Made by a program: the position numbers and the translations under genes. From an uncultured Pelagibacteraceae bacterium (lineage in GTDB: Bacteria > Pseudomonadota > Alphaproteobacteria > Pelagibacterales > Pelagibacteraceae), in NCBI GenBank assembly GCA_902520645.1, contig CABYOP010000001.1, positions 1 to 51,743 on the forward strand: a stretch of DNA of 51,743 nucleotides, read 5' to 3'. Below, piece by piece: positions 11,858-20,621 of this stretch. The notes beneath the pieces were generated by a model. The model saw only the letters and a list, made by a program, of their open reading frames with translations, was not told the DNA's origin and searched no databases. How positions within the stretch are numbered: position 1 is the first letter of the stretch; every line of letters begins with the position of its first letter.

Positions 11858-13593
11858 TGAATAAAACTGATATATATAAAAGGCTTTACAAAGACTATTC
11901 AAAAAAATATTTAGACAAAATAATTTTGTCAGCTTTTTTTTCTATATTGGTTGCAGGAAGTACTTCAGCAATTGCATGGCTTTTAGACCCTGCAATTAAA
12001 AAGCTGTTTATTGAAAAAGATCAGTCGCTTATAATTTTTATTCCATTAATGATTATCTTTGCATTCACTACAAAAGGACTCTCTTTATATTATGCAAAAG
12101 CAACTATGATTGGAGTTGGGGAATCAATAAAGAAAAAACTTCAATTTGATATGGTGAATACTTTAGTTGGAACAGACACACAGATAATTGATAAAAAACA
12201 CTCTGGTAAATTTATTTCTAATCTCACTTATGATGTAACTCATATTACCAATTTGTTAAGTAATGCAATATTAACTCTTTTTAAAGACTCATTAACTTTA
12301 ATAGGCTTATTGTTTGTGATGTTCTTACAAAATTGGAAGTTGGCTCTTATTTCAATAGTATTGATACCTTTTGCAAGTATATCAGCTAGAACTTTGGGTA
12401 AAAGAATTAATAAAGTAGCTACTGAGGCTCAACAAAAATCAGGTTTTTTAACGACATATTTAGTTGAATTATTTAAAAATCACAAATTAATAAAAATTTT
12501 TCAAAAAGAAGGTTACGAAAAAAATAGAGCTGATAACTACTTAACACAATTAAAAGATAAAAATCAAAAAATTCAAACTGTTTTTGTGAGGATGTCTCCA
12601 ATAATGGAAACTTTAACAGGAATAATGATTGCAGTATTAATTTTTTATTCTAGTATTTTAATGGCAAGAGGTGAGCTTGATATTAACAATTTCTTCTCTT
12701 TTCTTGCAGCAATGATGTTGGCTTATCAACCTGTAAGATCTTTATCAACTTTGAATATGGTTTTAAATCAAGGGCTGTCAGCTGCATCAAGAATTTTACC
12801 TATCATCGATCAAAAAAATAATATTGTTAATATTCCAGAAGCAAAGCCAATAGAGATAAAAAATTCAAATATTAAATTCAAAGATGTAAATTTTACTTAT
12901 GACAAAGAAAGTGAAGGAGTATTAAATTTAATAAATTTAGAGTTTGAAGGTGGAAAAATGACCTCTCTTGTTGGTCATAGTGGATCTGGAAAATCTACAA
13001 TAATGAATTTAATTCCAAGATTTTATGATCTGCAATCAGGTGATATTATAATAGATGATCAATCAATTTATAAAGCGACAATCAAGTCAATAAGAGATCA
13101 AATTTCAATGGTCAGTCAAGAAACAACTTTATTTGACGATACAGTAAAAAATAACATTAAATATGCAAAAGAAGACGCAACTGACGAAGAGATATACAGG
13201 GTTGCAAAGTTATCTTTTTGTGATGAGTTTATTGATAATCTACCAAATAAATATGAGACATTAATTGGTGAAAATGGCGTGAGGTTATCTGGAGGGGAAA
13301 AACAAAGACTGTCAATTGCTAGAGCTATGATGAAAAAAAGCTCAATCATACTTTTAGATGAAGCCACGTCATCCTTAGACTCAGAAACAGAGACCAAAAT
13401 TCAAGAAGCTTTGAAGATTTTAACTAAAAATAAGACCACCATAGTGATAGCACATAGGTTATCAACGATTTTAAATTCAAATAACATTTATGTAATTGAC
13501 TCTGGAAAAGTTGTTGAAAGTGGTAAACATGAAGATCTTATGAATAAATCTGATTTATATAAAAGTTTTTATGAGAAACAAATACAAAAGTAA
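11857..13593 (+). CDS. msbA: Lipid A export ABC transporter (TMD-NBD fusion)
   Basis: Walker A GHSGSGKS, signature LSGGEKQR, Walker B ILLDEATSSLD, IAHRLST; directly upstream of waaA-lpxK-lpxL. Confidence 0.88.
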   Translation: MNKTDIYKRLYKDYSKKYLDKIILSAFFSILVAGSTSAIAWLLDPAIKKLFIEKDQSLIIFIPLMIIFAFTTKGLSLYYAKATMIGVGESIKKKLQFDMVNTLVGTDTQIIDKKHSGKFISNLTYDVTHITNLLSNAILTLFKDSLTLIGLLFVMFLQNWKLALISIVLIPFASISARTLGKRINKVATEAQQKSGFLTTYLVELFKNHKLIKIFQKEGYEKNRADNYLTQLKDKNQKIQTVFVRMSPIMETLTGIMIAVLIFYSSILMARGELDINNFFSFLAAMMLAYQPVRSLSTLNMVLNQGLSAASRILPIIDQKNNIVNIPEAKPIEIKNSNIKFKDVNFTYDKESEGVLNLINLEFEGGKMTSLVGHSGSGKSTIMNLIPRFYDLQSGDIIIDDQSIYKATIKSIRDQISMVSQETTLFDDTVKNNIKYAKEDATDEEIYRVAKLSFCDEFIDNLPNKYETLIGENGVRLSGGEKQRLSIARAMMKKSSIILLDEATSSLDSETETKIQEALKILTKNKTTIVIAHRLSTILNSNNIYVIDSGKVVESGKHEDLMNKSDLYKSFYEKQIQK

Positions 13594-14844
13594 ATGTATT
13601 TTCTATACCAAATAATTACTCTTGTTATTTTAGTTCTATCACCGTTTATAATAATTTATAGAATATTAAAAAATAAAGAAGACAAAAATAGGTTTAAAGA
13701 AAAATTTAGTTTACCTTCAAAAAAAAGAAGAGCTGGTAAACTTCTCTGGTTTCATGGCGCTAGTGTTGGTGAAATATTAAGTGTAATTCCTCTTATTAAA
13801 CATTATGAAAAAGACAAAAATATAAATCAAATACTTATCACATCTAGCACTTTAAGCTCATCCAAAGTTATTAAAAAATTTAAATTTAAAAAAACTAATC
13901 ACCAGTTTTATCCTTTAGATAACTATTTTTTAATTAACAAATTTTTAAAATTTTGGAGACCAGACATCGCAATCTTTATAGACTCAGAAATTTGGCCTTG
14001 CATGTACAAAAATATTAAAAACAAGAGAATTCCATTAGTCTTACTAAATGCGAGATTAACAAAAAAAACTTTTAATAAATGGATAAAATTTAAAAAATTT
14101 AGCACTTCTATTTTTAGTAATATAACTGTTGCTTACCCTCAAAACTTTGAAACAAAAAATTACTTAAAAAAACTAAAAATAAATAAAATTAATTTTATTG
14201 GAAATTTAAAATTTGCAGAAAATTATGATCAAGGTTCAGATAAAATTAATAATATTTTAATAAAAGAATTTCGAGGAAAAAAAATATGGATTGCATCAAG
14301 TACGCATAAAAATGAAGAAATATTTTGTGCAAAAGCTCATAAAGAACTTAAAAAAAGTTTTAAAAATTTAATTACAATAATAATCCCAAGACATATTCAC
14401 AGGTCAGAAAATATAATTTCTGATATAAATAATTTAGATTTAAAAGTTTGTTTACATAGTTCAAAACAAAAAAAATTGAATGACACAGACATCTATATTG
14501 TTGATACGTTTGGTGAAACAAAAAAATTTCATAAATTAGGCTCTTCAGTTTTTTTAGGTGGTTCAATTATTGAAAGAGGTGGACAGAATCCTTTAGAGGC
14601 TGCAAGATATGGTGCAAAAATATTACACGGGCCAAATATAGATAACTTTAAAGATGTTTACAAATTATTGAAAACTTTAAAAGTATCAAAAAAAATCTAT
14701 ACTCCAAAAGAACTAGCTTCATCGATAGTATTTAATAAAAATAAAAATATAGGAAACAGTATTAAAAGGATTGGAGAAAATATTTTAAAAAATACTATAA
14801 AAGAATTAGACAAAATTATTATCAATGAATTTAAAAAAACCTAA
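13594..14844 (+). CDS. waaA: 3-deoxy-D-manno-octulosonic acid (Kdo) transferase
   Basis: WFHGASVGE, SEIWP, NARL, GNLKF, ASSTH, PRH, GGQNPLEAA. Confidence 0.95.
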   Translation: MYFLYQIITLVILVLSPFIIIYRILKNKEDKNRFKEKFSLPSKKRRAGKLLWFHGASVGEILSVIPLIKHYEKDKNINQILITSSTLSSSKVIKKFKFKKTNHQFYPLDNYFLINKFLKFWRPDIAIFIDSEIWPCMYKNIKNKRIPLVLLNARLTKKTFNKWIKFKKFSTSIFSNITVAYPQNFETKNYLKKLKINKINFIGNLKFAENYDQGSDKINNILIKEFRGKKIWIASSTHKNEEIFCAKAHKELKKSFKNLITIIIPRHIHRSENIISDINNLDLKVCLHSSKQKKLNDTDIYIVDTFGETKKFHKLGSSVFLGGSIIERGGQNPLEAARYGAKILHGPNIDNFKDVYKLLKTLKVSKKIYTPKELASSIVFNKNKNIGNSIKRIGENILKNTIKELDKIIINEFKKT

Positions 14845-15751
14845 GTTTTGGAAACTCAAAAATCCAAATTTCTTTGCATACCTCTTGTATCCAATATCTT
14901 TTATTATAATCCTAATTAACTCGTTAAAAAATAAGTCTCATAGAAAAAAATTTAAAATTAAAACTATATGTATAGGTAATATTTATCTAGGAGGAACTGG
15001 CAAAACTTCATTAAGTATTAAATTAAATAAAATTCTTAATAAAAAAAATTTTAAATCCTGTTTCATTAAGAAATTTTATAAAGATCAATTAGATGAGCAA
15101 AAACTATTAAAGAATAATGGTAAGCTTTTCATGGCATCAAAAAGATTAGATGCTATACAGCAAGCCGAAAATGAAAATTATGATATTGCGATCTTAGATG
15201 ATGGCCTTCAAGATAATTCAATTAATTGTGACATAAGTTTTGTATGTTTTAATAATTTAAATTGGATAGGTAATGGAATGAGTATTCCCTCAGGTCCATT
15301 AAGGGAAAACATTAAAAGCTTAAAAAAATATAATCATGTTTTTATTAATGGAAATTTAGAAAATATTGATCAATTAAAGGAAGAGATACTTAAAATTAAC
15401 TCAAATTTAAAAATTCATTTAGGGAAATATGAAATTATTAACTTAAATGAATTTAGAAAAGATGAAAAATATTTAATCTTTTCTGGCATTGGTAATCATG
15501 AGACATTTGTATCTATGGTTAAAAAAGCACAATTAAATGTTTTAAAAGAAATAGAATTCCCGGATCATTATAATTATGAGAAAAAAGATATAGATAAAAT
15601 TATAAGCGAGGCAAGTGATTTAAATTGCAAAATAGTTACTACAGAAAAAGACTACCTAAGAATGGACAATACTTATTTTGATAAAATCAAAGTTATGAAA
15701 TCTGAGTTAAAAATAATTGATGAAGACAAATTTATAAAATCTATAATTTAA
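14825..15751 (+). CDS. lpxK: Tetraacyldisaccharide 4'-kinase
   Basis: CIGNIYLGGTGKT, ILDDGLQ, PSGPLRE, FPDHY, TTEKD. Confidence 0.95.
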   Translation: MNLKKPKFWKLKNPNFFAYLLYPISFIIILINSLKNKSHRKKFKIKTICIGNIYLGGTGKTSLSIKLNKILNKKNFKSCFIKKFYKDQLDEQKLLKNNGKLFMASKRLDAIQQAENENYDIAILDDGLQDNSINCDISFVCFNNLNWIGNGMSIPSGPLRENIKSLKKYNHVFINGNLENIDQLKEEILKINSNLKIHLGKYEIINLNEFRKDEKYLIFSGIGNHETFVSMVKKAQLNVLKEIEFPDHYNYEKKDIDKIISEASDLNCKIVTTEKDYLRMDNTYFDKIKVMKSELKIIDEDKFIKSII

Positions 15752-15753
15752 AA

Positions 15754-16614
15754 ATGAAATATATTAAATATTTTGTACAATTTTTATTTGCGATTTTAAG
15801 TTTTATGATATTTAAGATTTTAGGACCAAGTCTGTCTTCAAAACTAAGTGGTAAAATATTTAAGTTAATAGGGCCATTTTTTAGACCAAAAAATATAATT
15901 CATTCAAATATTAAAAGAGGAATTCCGAACATAAGTTCAGAAAATTTAGATAAAATAGCCAATCTAATGTGGAGTAACTATGGGAATATCTTTGCAGAAT
16001 TTATGTTTTTAAAAAATTTTAGATATGGAAACCTATCTTCAAAAATTCAAGTTGATGGACAAGATATTTTAGATGAAATTAAAAAATCAAATAAACAAGT
16101 TATTTTTATTTCTGGTCATTTTTGTAATTTTGAACTGATGGCAATGCATTTAGAAAAGACTGGCATAAATCTTGCAACTATATATCGACCCCTAAATAAT
16201 TTTTTTTTAAATGGGTTTATGGAAAGGATAAGGACAAAATATATATGCAAATACCAAATTAAAAAAGGAATAGGTGGATTAAAAAAGTTAATTAATTTAA
16301 AAAAGAAAAATTTTTCAACAGCACTTATGATAGACCAAAGAGTTTCGGAAGGTATTTTGTCAAATTTTTTTAATCGGGAAGCTTTAACTACCACTATACC
16401 GGCCCAATTAGTTAAAAAGTTTAATATCCCAATTGTTCCAGTATATATTGAGAGAATTGGTTCTTTAAATTTCAAAATAACTGTAAATAAACCTATTAAT
16501 TTCCAAAATGACTGTTCTATTAAAAATATTACAGACGATTTAAATAAAATTCTTGAAAGAATGATTCTTAATAAACCTGAACAATGGATATGGTCACACA
16601 ATCGTTGGAAATAA
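15754..16614 (+). CDS. Lipid A late acyltransferase (LpxL/HtrB family)
   Basis: GHFCNFE (HxxxxE) catalytic motif, YRPLNN, DQ, PEQWIWSHNRWK. Confidence 0.92.
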   Translation: MKYIKYFVQFLFAILSFMIFKILGPSLSSKLSGKIFKLIGPFFRPKNIIHSNIKRGIPNISSENLDKIANLMWSNYGNIFAEFMFLKNFRYGNLSSKIQVDGQDILDEIKKSNKQVIFISGHFCNFELMAMHLEKTGINLATIYRPLNNFFLNGFMERIRTKYICKYQIKKGIGGLKKLINLKKKNFSTALMIDQRVSEGILSNFFNREALTTTIPAQLVKKFNIPIVPVYIERIGSLNFKITVNKPINFQNDCSIKNITDDLNKILERMILNKPEQWIWSHNRWK

Positions 16615-16622
16615 AATTATTT

Positions 16623-16811
16623 TTAACTCTCTTCTCTTTTTTTAGATGCTTCTATATATGAATAATATGCTTCTTGTAATTCTACATTCCAATAAGTTAA
16701 ATTTTCCAAGTTGATTTTTTTTCCTGTGACTGCACATTCTACATAATCACCTGGTTCAATTATCTGAAAATTATTTGGTAAATACTTTATTTTTGCTAAT
16801 TTTTTTGTCAT
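16623..16811 (-). CDS. DUF2093 family small protein
   Basis: GDYVECAVTGxxIxLExLxYWNVELQEAY motif; this family typically lies near lpxK in alphaproteobacteria. ATG at 16811 avoids overlap with purD. Confidence 0.85.
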   Translation of the reverse strand: MTKKLAKIKYLPNNFQIIEPGDYVECAVTGKKINLENLTYWNVELQEAYYSYIEASKKREES

Positions 16812-16832
16812 TTTTAGTTTATATAGTTTTAT

Positions 16833-18095
16833 ATGAAAGTTGGAATAATAGGAAGTGGTGGGAGAGAACATTCAATATGCTTAAGTTTAAAAAATTCAAG
16901 TAAAATTGACAAATTATTTTGTTTTCCAGGAAATGCGGGTACTAAAAATATTGCTGAAAATGTAAATATAGATTTAGAAAATTTTGAGAATATTAGGAAT
17001 TTTATAATAAATAATAAAATTGATTTAATTGTAGTTGGACCAGAAAAACCATTAGTTGAAGGATTGGTTGATTATTTAGAAAGATTTAAAATAAAAGTAT
17101 TTGGTCCAAATAAATTTGCGTCACAATTAGAAGGCTCAAAGATTTTTACAAAACAGATTTGCAAAAAGTTTAATATACCAACAGCTAAATTTGGAATTAT
17201 TGAGAACGAAGACGAAGCAAAAAAGTTTTTAAAAAGTACAAATTTTCCTACTGTTATTAAAGCAGACAATCTAGCCTCTGGTAAAGGTGTATATATTTGT
17301 AATAATGAGCAAGAAGCAATAGTTGCAGTTAAAGAAATATTTAATGGTAAATTTGGTAAAGCAAAAAATTTACTTATAGAGGAATTTTTGGAAGGTGAAG
17401 AAATGAGTTTTTTCACTATACATGATGGAAGGACATTTAAAAATTTTGATACAGCTCAAGATCATAAAAGAGTTTTAGAAGGAGATAGAGGAAAGAATAC
17501 AGGTGGTATGGGTGCTTATTCTCCATCAAGATTAATTAATGAAGATTTAAAGAATAAAATTTTAGATAAAATAATTAAACCAACTCTTAAAGGTTTGTCG
17601 GAGCTTGGGACAGAATATAGAGGATTTTTATATACTGGATTAATGATTGTTAAAAATGAACCTTATTTAATAGAATACAACGTTAGAATGGGAGATCCAG
17701 AATGCCAAACTATATTGCCAAAATTAAAAACTGATCTCACTGATATATTTCTCGCTTGTTGTGAGCAAAAGCTAAGTGAAATTAATATTGAATGGATTAA
17801 TAAAAAAAGCTTGTGTGTAGTAGTTTGTTCTAAAGGGTATCCTGATACTTTTAAAAAAAATGTAGAAATAGAAAATATAAATAATATTCACTTAAATAAA
17901 GATGAATTTTTATTTCATGCTGGAACAACTAAAAAAAATGGAAAAATATTTGCTGTAGGAGGTCGTGTTTTAAATTTTATTTCTCTCTCTGAAGATCTTA
18001 AATTAGCGAGAGAAAATATAATAAATAATATAAAAAAATTAAATTGGTCAAAAGGATTTTATAGAAAAGATATTGGTTATAAGGTCATTGATTAA
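16833..18095 (+). CDS. purD: Phosphoribosylamine--glycine ligase
   Basis: GSGGREH, VGPExPL, LEGSKxFxK, QDHKR, NTGGMGAYSP, EYNVRMGDPE. Confidence 0.98.
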   Translation: MKVGIIGSGGREHSICLSLKNSSKIDKLFCFPGNAGTKNIAENVNIDLENFENIRNFIINNKIDLIVVGPEKPLVEGLVDYLERFKIKVFGPNKFASQLEGSKIFTKQICKKFNIPTAKFGIIENEDEAKKFLKSTNFPTVIKADNLASGKGVYICNNEQEAIVAVKEIFNGKFGKAKNLLIEEFLEGEEMSFFTIHDGRTFKNFDTAQDHKRVLEGDRGKNTGGMGAYSPSRLINEDLKNKILDKIIKPTLKGLSELGTEYRGFLYTGLMIVKNEPYLIEYNVRMGDPECQTILPKLKTDLTDIFLACCEQKLSEINIEWINKKSLCVVVCSKGYPDTFKKNVEIENINNIHLNKDEFLFHAGTTKKNGKIFAVGGRVLNFISLSEDLKLARENIINNIKKLNWSKGFYRKDIGYKVID

Positions 18096-18661
18096 TGAGA
18101 ATAATTGCTGGTTCGTTTAAAGGAAAAAAAATTTTAGAACCAAAAGATACGACTACAAGACCTTTAAAAGATTTAGCAAAAGAGTCTATATTTAATATTA
18201 TTAAACACTCAAATAAGTTTAAAATTGATCTTTCAAGTGCAAATATATTAGACTTATTTTCAGGCGTAGGCTCATTTGGAATTGAGTGCTTATCTAGAGG
18301 AGCTAGAAATGTAATTTTTATAGAAAACTACTTAGGGGTATTACCAATATTAAAAAAAAATTTATCCAATTTAAATTTAAAAGATAATTATCAAATAATA
18401 GAAAGTGATATTTACAAAGATAATACATTAGTAAATTTAAATAAAAAATTTGATATTATTTTTTTAGATCCTCCCTTTAAGGATAAGAATTTATTTAATC
18501 TTGTATCAAAATTAATTAATTTTAAAATATTAGGTGAGAATGGAATAATTATTTTACACAGACATAAAAATGAAAGAGAAATTTTGCCAAAACACTTTAA
18601 AGTTATCAAAGAAAAGAAATATGGAATATCTAAAATTTTTTTTATATCAGATCTAAACTAA
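18095..18661 (+). CDS. rsmD: 16S rRNA m2G966 methyltransferase
   Basis: MRIIAG, TRP, LDLFSGVGSFGIECLSRGA, FLDPPF. Confidence 0.93.
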   Translation: MRIIAGSFKGKKILEPKDTTTRPLKDLAKESIFNIIKHSNKFKIDLSSANILDLFSGVGSFGIECLSRGARNVIFIENYLGVLPILKKNLSNLNLKDNYQIIESDIYKDNTLVNLNKKFDIIFLDPPFKDKNLFNLVSKLINFKILGENGIIILHRHKNEREILPKHFKVIKEKKYGISKIFFISDLN

Positions 18662-19807
18662 TAATTTTTTTGTCTCCTTTTTTATCAACTCGACCGCTGG
18701 TTGATCATAAGGATTTAAATTTAATGCTTTTCCAAGCAAAATTGTTTCAAGTATAAAAAAAGTAAAAAGTTCTCCTAATGTCTTTTCATCTCTTTTATAA
18801 ATTTCAAAACTTCTAAATGGAATATTTTTAAGCTTGAAGATATTTTCAGTTGCTCTTTTTTGACCATAAATAATATTAGATAAATTTTTATTTTTTAAGT
18901 ATTTGTGAGAATTAAAAATTGTATTGTTATTTATTTTTTTTGAATTTTGATCATGTACGTAAAAAAAAGTAAAAAAATTATTTTTAAATCCATCTAGGTA
19001 CAGCTGCATTACACTGTGATTATCTTTTGGCATATTTGATACTATTGGTAATAAGCCTGTATTTTTTTTTCCCAAACTTTCTGCAACTAACTGCTGATAC
19101 CATTTAAACAAATTTTCAGATTTTTCGTCATAGTTTATAATTATTGAATTATATTTTTTGTTTTTAATAAAAAAAAGTGTTGAATTTACATTCGCAATTA
19201 ATGAATTGATAAATTTCTTGTTTTTAATTAATAAATTTAATTGTCTAAAATTTTGACTTTTGAGACCCATTAACTCTGCTGGTACCATTCCAACCTCTGA
19301 TAATACTGAGTATCTCCCACCTATATAATTATTATGTTGAATAATCTCTGCTTTAAGTTTTTGAGCTAGAAGATAGAGATAATTTTTTTTGTTTTCTGTA
19401 ATAAAAATATTTTTATTTTCTTTTTTAATTAAAATGTTTGAATTAACAATTGTTTCTATTGTATTTCCTGATTTTGAGATTACTAAATTTACAAGATTTT
19501 TATTATTTTTTTTTTTGAAATTATTTTGAAGATTATCCTCAAACCAAAAATTTTTTTTAATTTTTTTTTCTAAAAAATTATAAATAGTTTGTGATCCAAG
19601 AGTTGAGCCACCCATACCAATGACTCTAAAATTTAAGTTCTTTTTATACTTATTTATTTTTTTTTTTTTAAAACTGTTTTTGTAATCTTTAGAAAGAGAC
19701 CGGATGACTTGATTCTTTTCACTTAAAATTAAATTTAAATTCTGTTTTGTTTTTTTTATATTAATTTTTTTTTTAAAATTTAAAAATCTTATACCTTCAG
19801 TGATCAT
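18653..19807 (-). CDS. pgi: Glucose-6-phosphate isomerase, short form
   Basis: GMGGSTLG, SKSGNTIET, GGRYSVLSEVG, QQLVAESLGK, DxHSxxQ, NPYDQPAVExxK. Confidence 0.9.
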   Translation of the reverse strand: MITEGIRFLNFKKKINIKKTKQNLNLILSEKNQVIRSLSKDYKNSFKKKKINKYKKNLNFRVIGMGGSTLGSQTIYNFLEKKIKKNFWFEDNLQNNFKKKNNKNLVNLVISKSGNTIETIVNSNILIKKENKNIFITENKKNYLYLLAQKLKAEIIQHNNYIGGRYSVLSEVGMVPAELMGLKSQNFRQLNLLIKNKKFINSLIANVNSTLFFIKNKKYNSIIINYDEKSENLFKWYQQLVAESLGKKNTGLLPIVSNMPKDNHSVMQLYLDGFKNNFFTFFYVHDQNSKKINNNTIFNSHKYLKNKNLSNIIYGQKRATENIFKLKNIPFRSFEIYKRDEKTLGELFTFFILETILLGKALNLNPYDQPAVELIKKETKKLLV

Positions 19808-20127
19808 TGATTTTTTTTGATTTTTTCTATCAAATTTTCTTCCAGGGAATTATTCATTCCTGTTGTGTCCGAATTATTTTTAATTGTAGTTTCTTTATCT
19901 TCTAATAGTTCTTTTATTTTGTTATCATCTGAATTCTCATCATTTTGACTTCTTTTAGGGATTGGTAACTCATTAAAATTAGGTGGCATTACTAAAGGAG
20001 ATTTTTTTTCAACCAAAAATTCGTCACTGCTCTTTTTTTTTGGATTTTGAAACCCTTCTTTAAGTATTCCACACGATAAAAGTAATAAAAGTAAATTTAA
20101 TACTCCAAATATTTTTAAATATCTCAT
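19804..20127 (-). CDS. DUF3035 family lipoprotein
   Basis: Lipobox LLSC; DEFLVxKKxPLVMPPxFxELPxP motif; follows lspA. Confidence 0.8.
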   Translation of the reverse strand: MRYLKIFGVLNLLLLLLSCGILKEGFQNPKKKSSDEFLVEKKSPLVMPPNFNELPIPKRSQNDENSDDNKIKELLEDKETTIKNNSDTTGMNNSLEENLIEKIKKNQ

Positions 20128-20621
20128 ATTTTGTTATTTTTATTAATAACAGTAAATTCCATTATAATCAAAAAAATCACACCAATTGAAATAAATATAT
20201 CTGCAAAATTAAAAATGAACCAATGAAAATTTCCAATATGAAAATCTATGAAGTCAGGAACAGCTTTGTAAATTATTCTATCAAAAACATTACCTAATGC
20301 CCCTCCCAAAATCATTAATAATGAATATTTTTTAAGTCCACTACTTTTAGAAATCATATATAAAATGACAAATACAATTATTAAAATAAAGATCGTTAAA
20401 AAATTATACAAATTATTTTCATTAAATGAGAAGAGACCAAAAGCTATCCCTTCATTCCAAATCAAATATATATTCAAAAATTTTGAGGAAAATATTTCAG
20501 AATTACCATTAATTTTATCTAAATAAATTACATAAAACTTGGTTAATCTATCCAAAATAAATATGGAGAGAATTATTATTAAATTAAGATAAAAATTGCT
20601 ATTTATTATTTTGAAATTCAT
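20124..20621 (-). CDS. lspA: Lipoprotein signal peptidase (SPase II)
   Basis: DxxTK, WNEGIAFG, GGALGNxFDR, DFID, FNFAD. The ATG at 20621 overlaps the ileS TGA. Confidence 0.96.
   Translation of the reverse strand: MNFKIINSNFYLNLIIILSIFILDRLTKFYVIYLDKINGNSEIFSSKFLNIYLIWNEGIAFGLFSFNENNLYNFLTIFILIIVFVILYMISKSSGLKKYSLLMILGGALGNVFDRIIYKAVPDFIDFHIGNFHWFIFNFADIFISIGVIFLIIMEFTVINKNNKI

Noticed and set aside
16116-16601. 161-aa antisense ORF inside the lipid A acyltransferase gene
   Set aside because: Shadow ORF fully overlapping a well-supported gene, with no recognisable motifs. The same applies to other nested track ORFs such as 2130-2366, 4483-4740, 5275-5517, 5842-6156, 17072-17416, 33922-34206 and 49857-50261.
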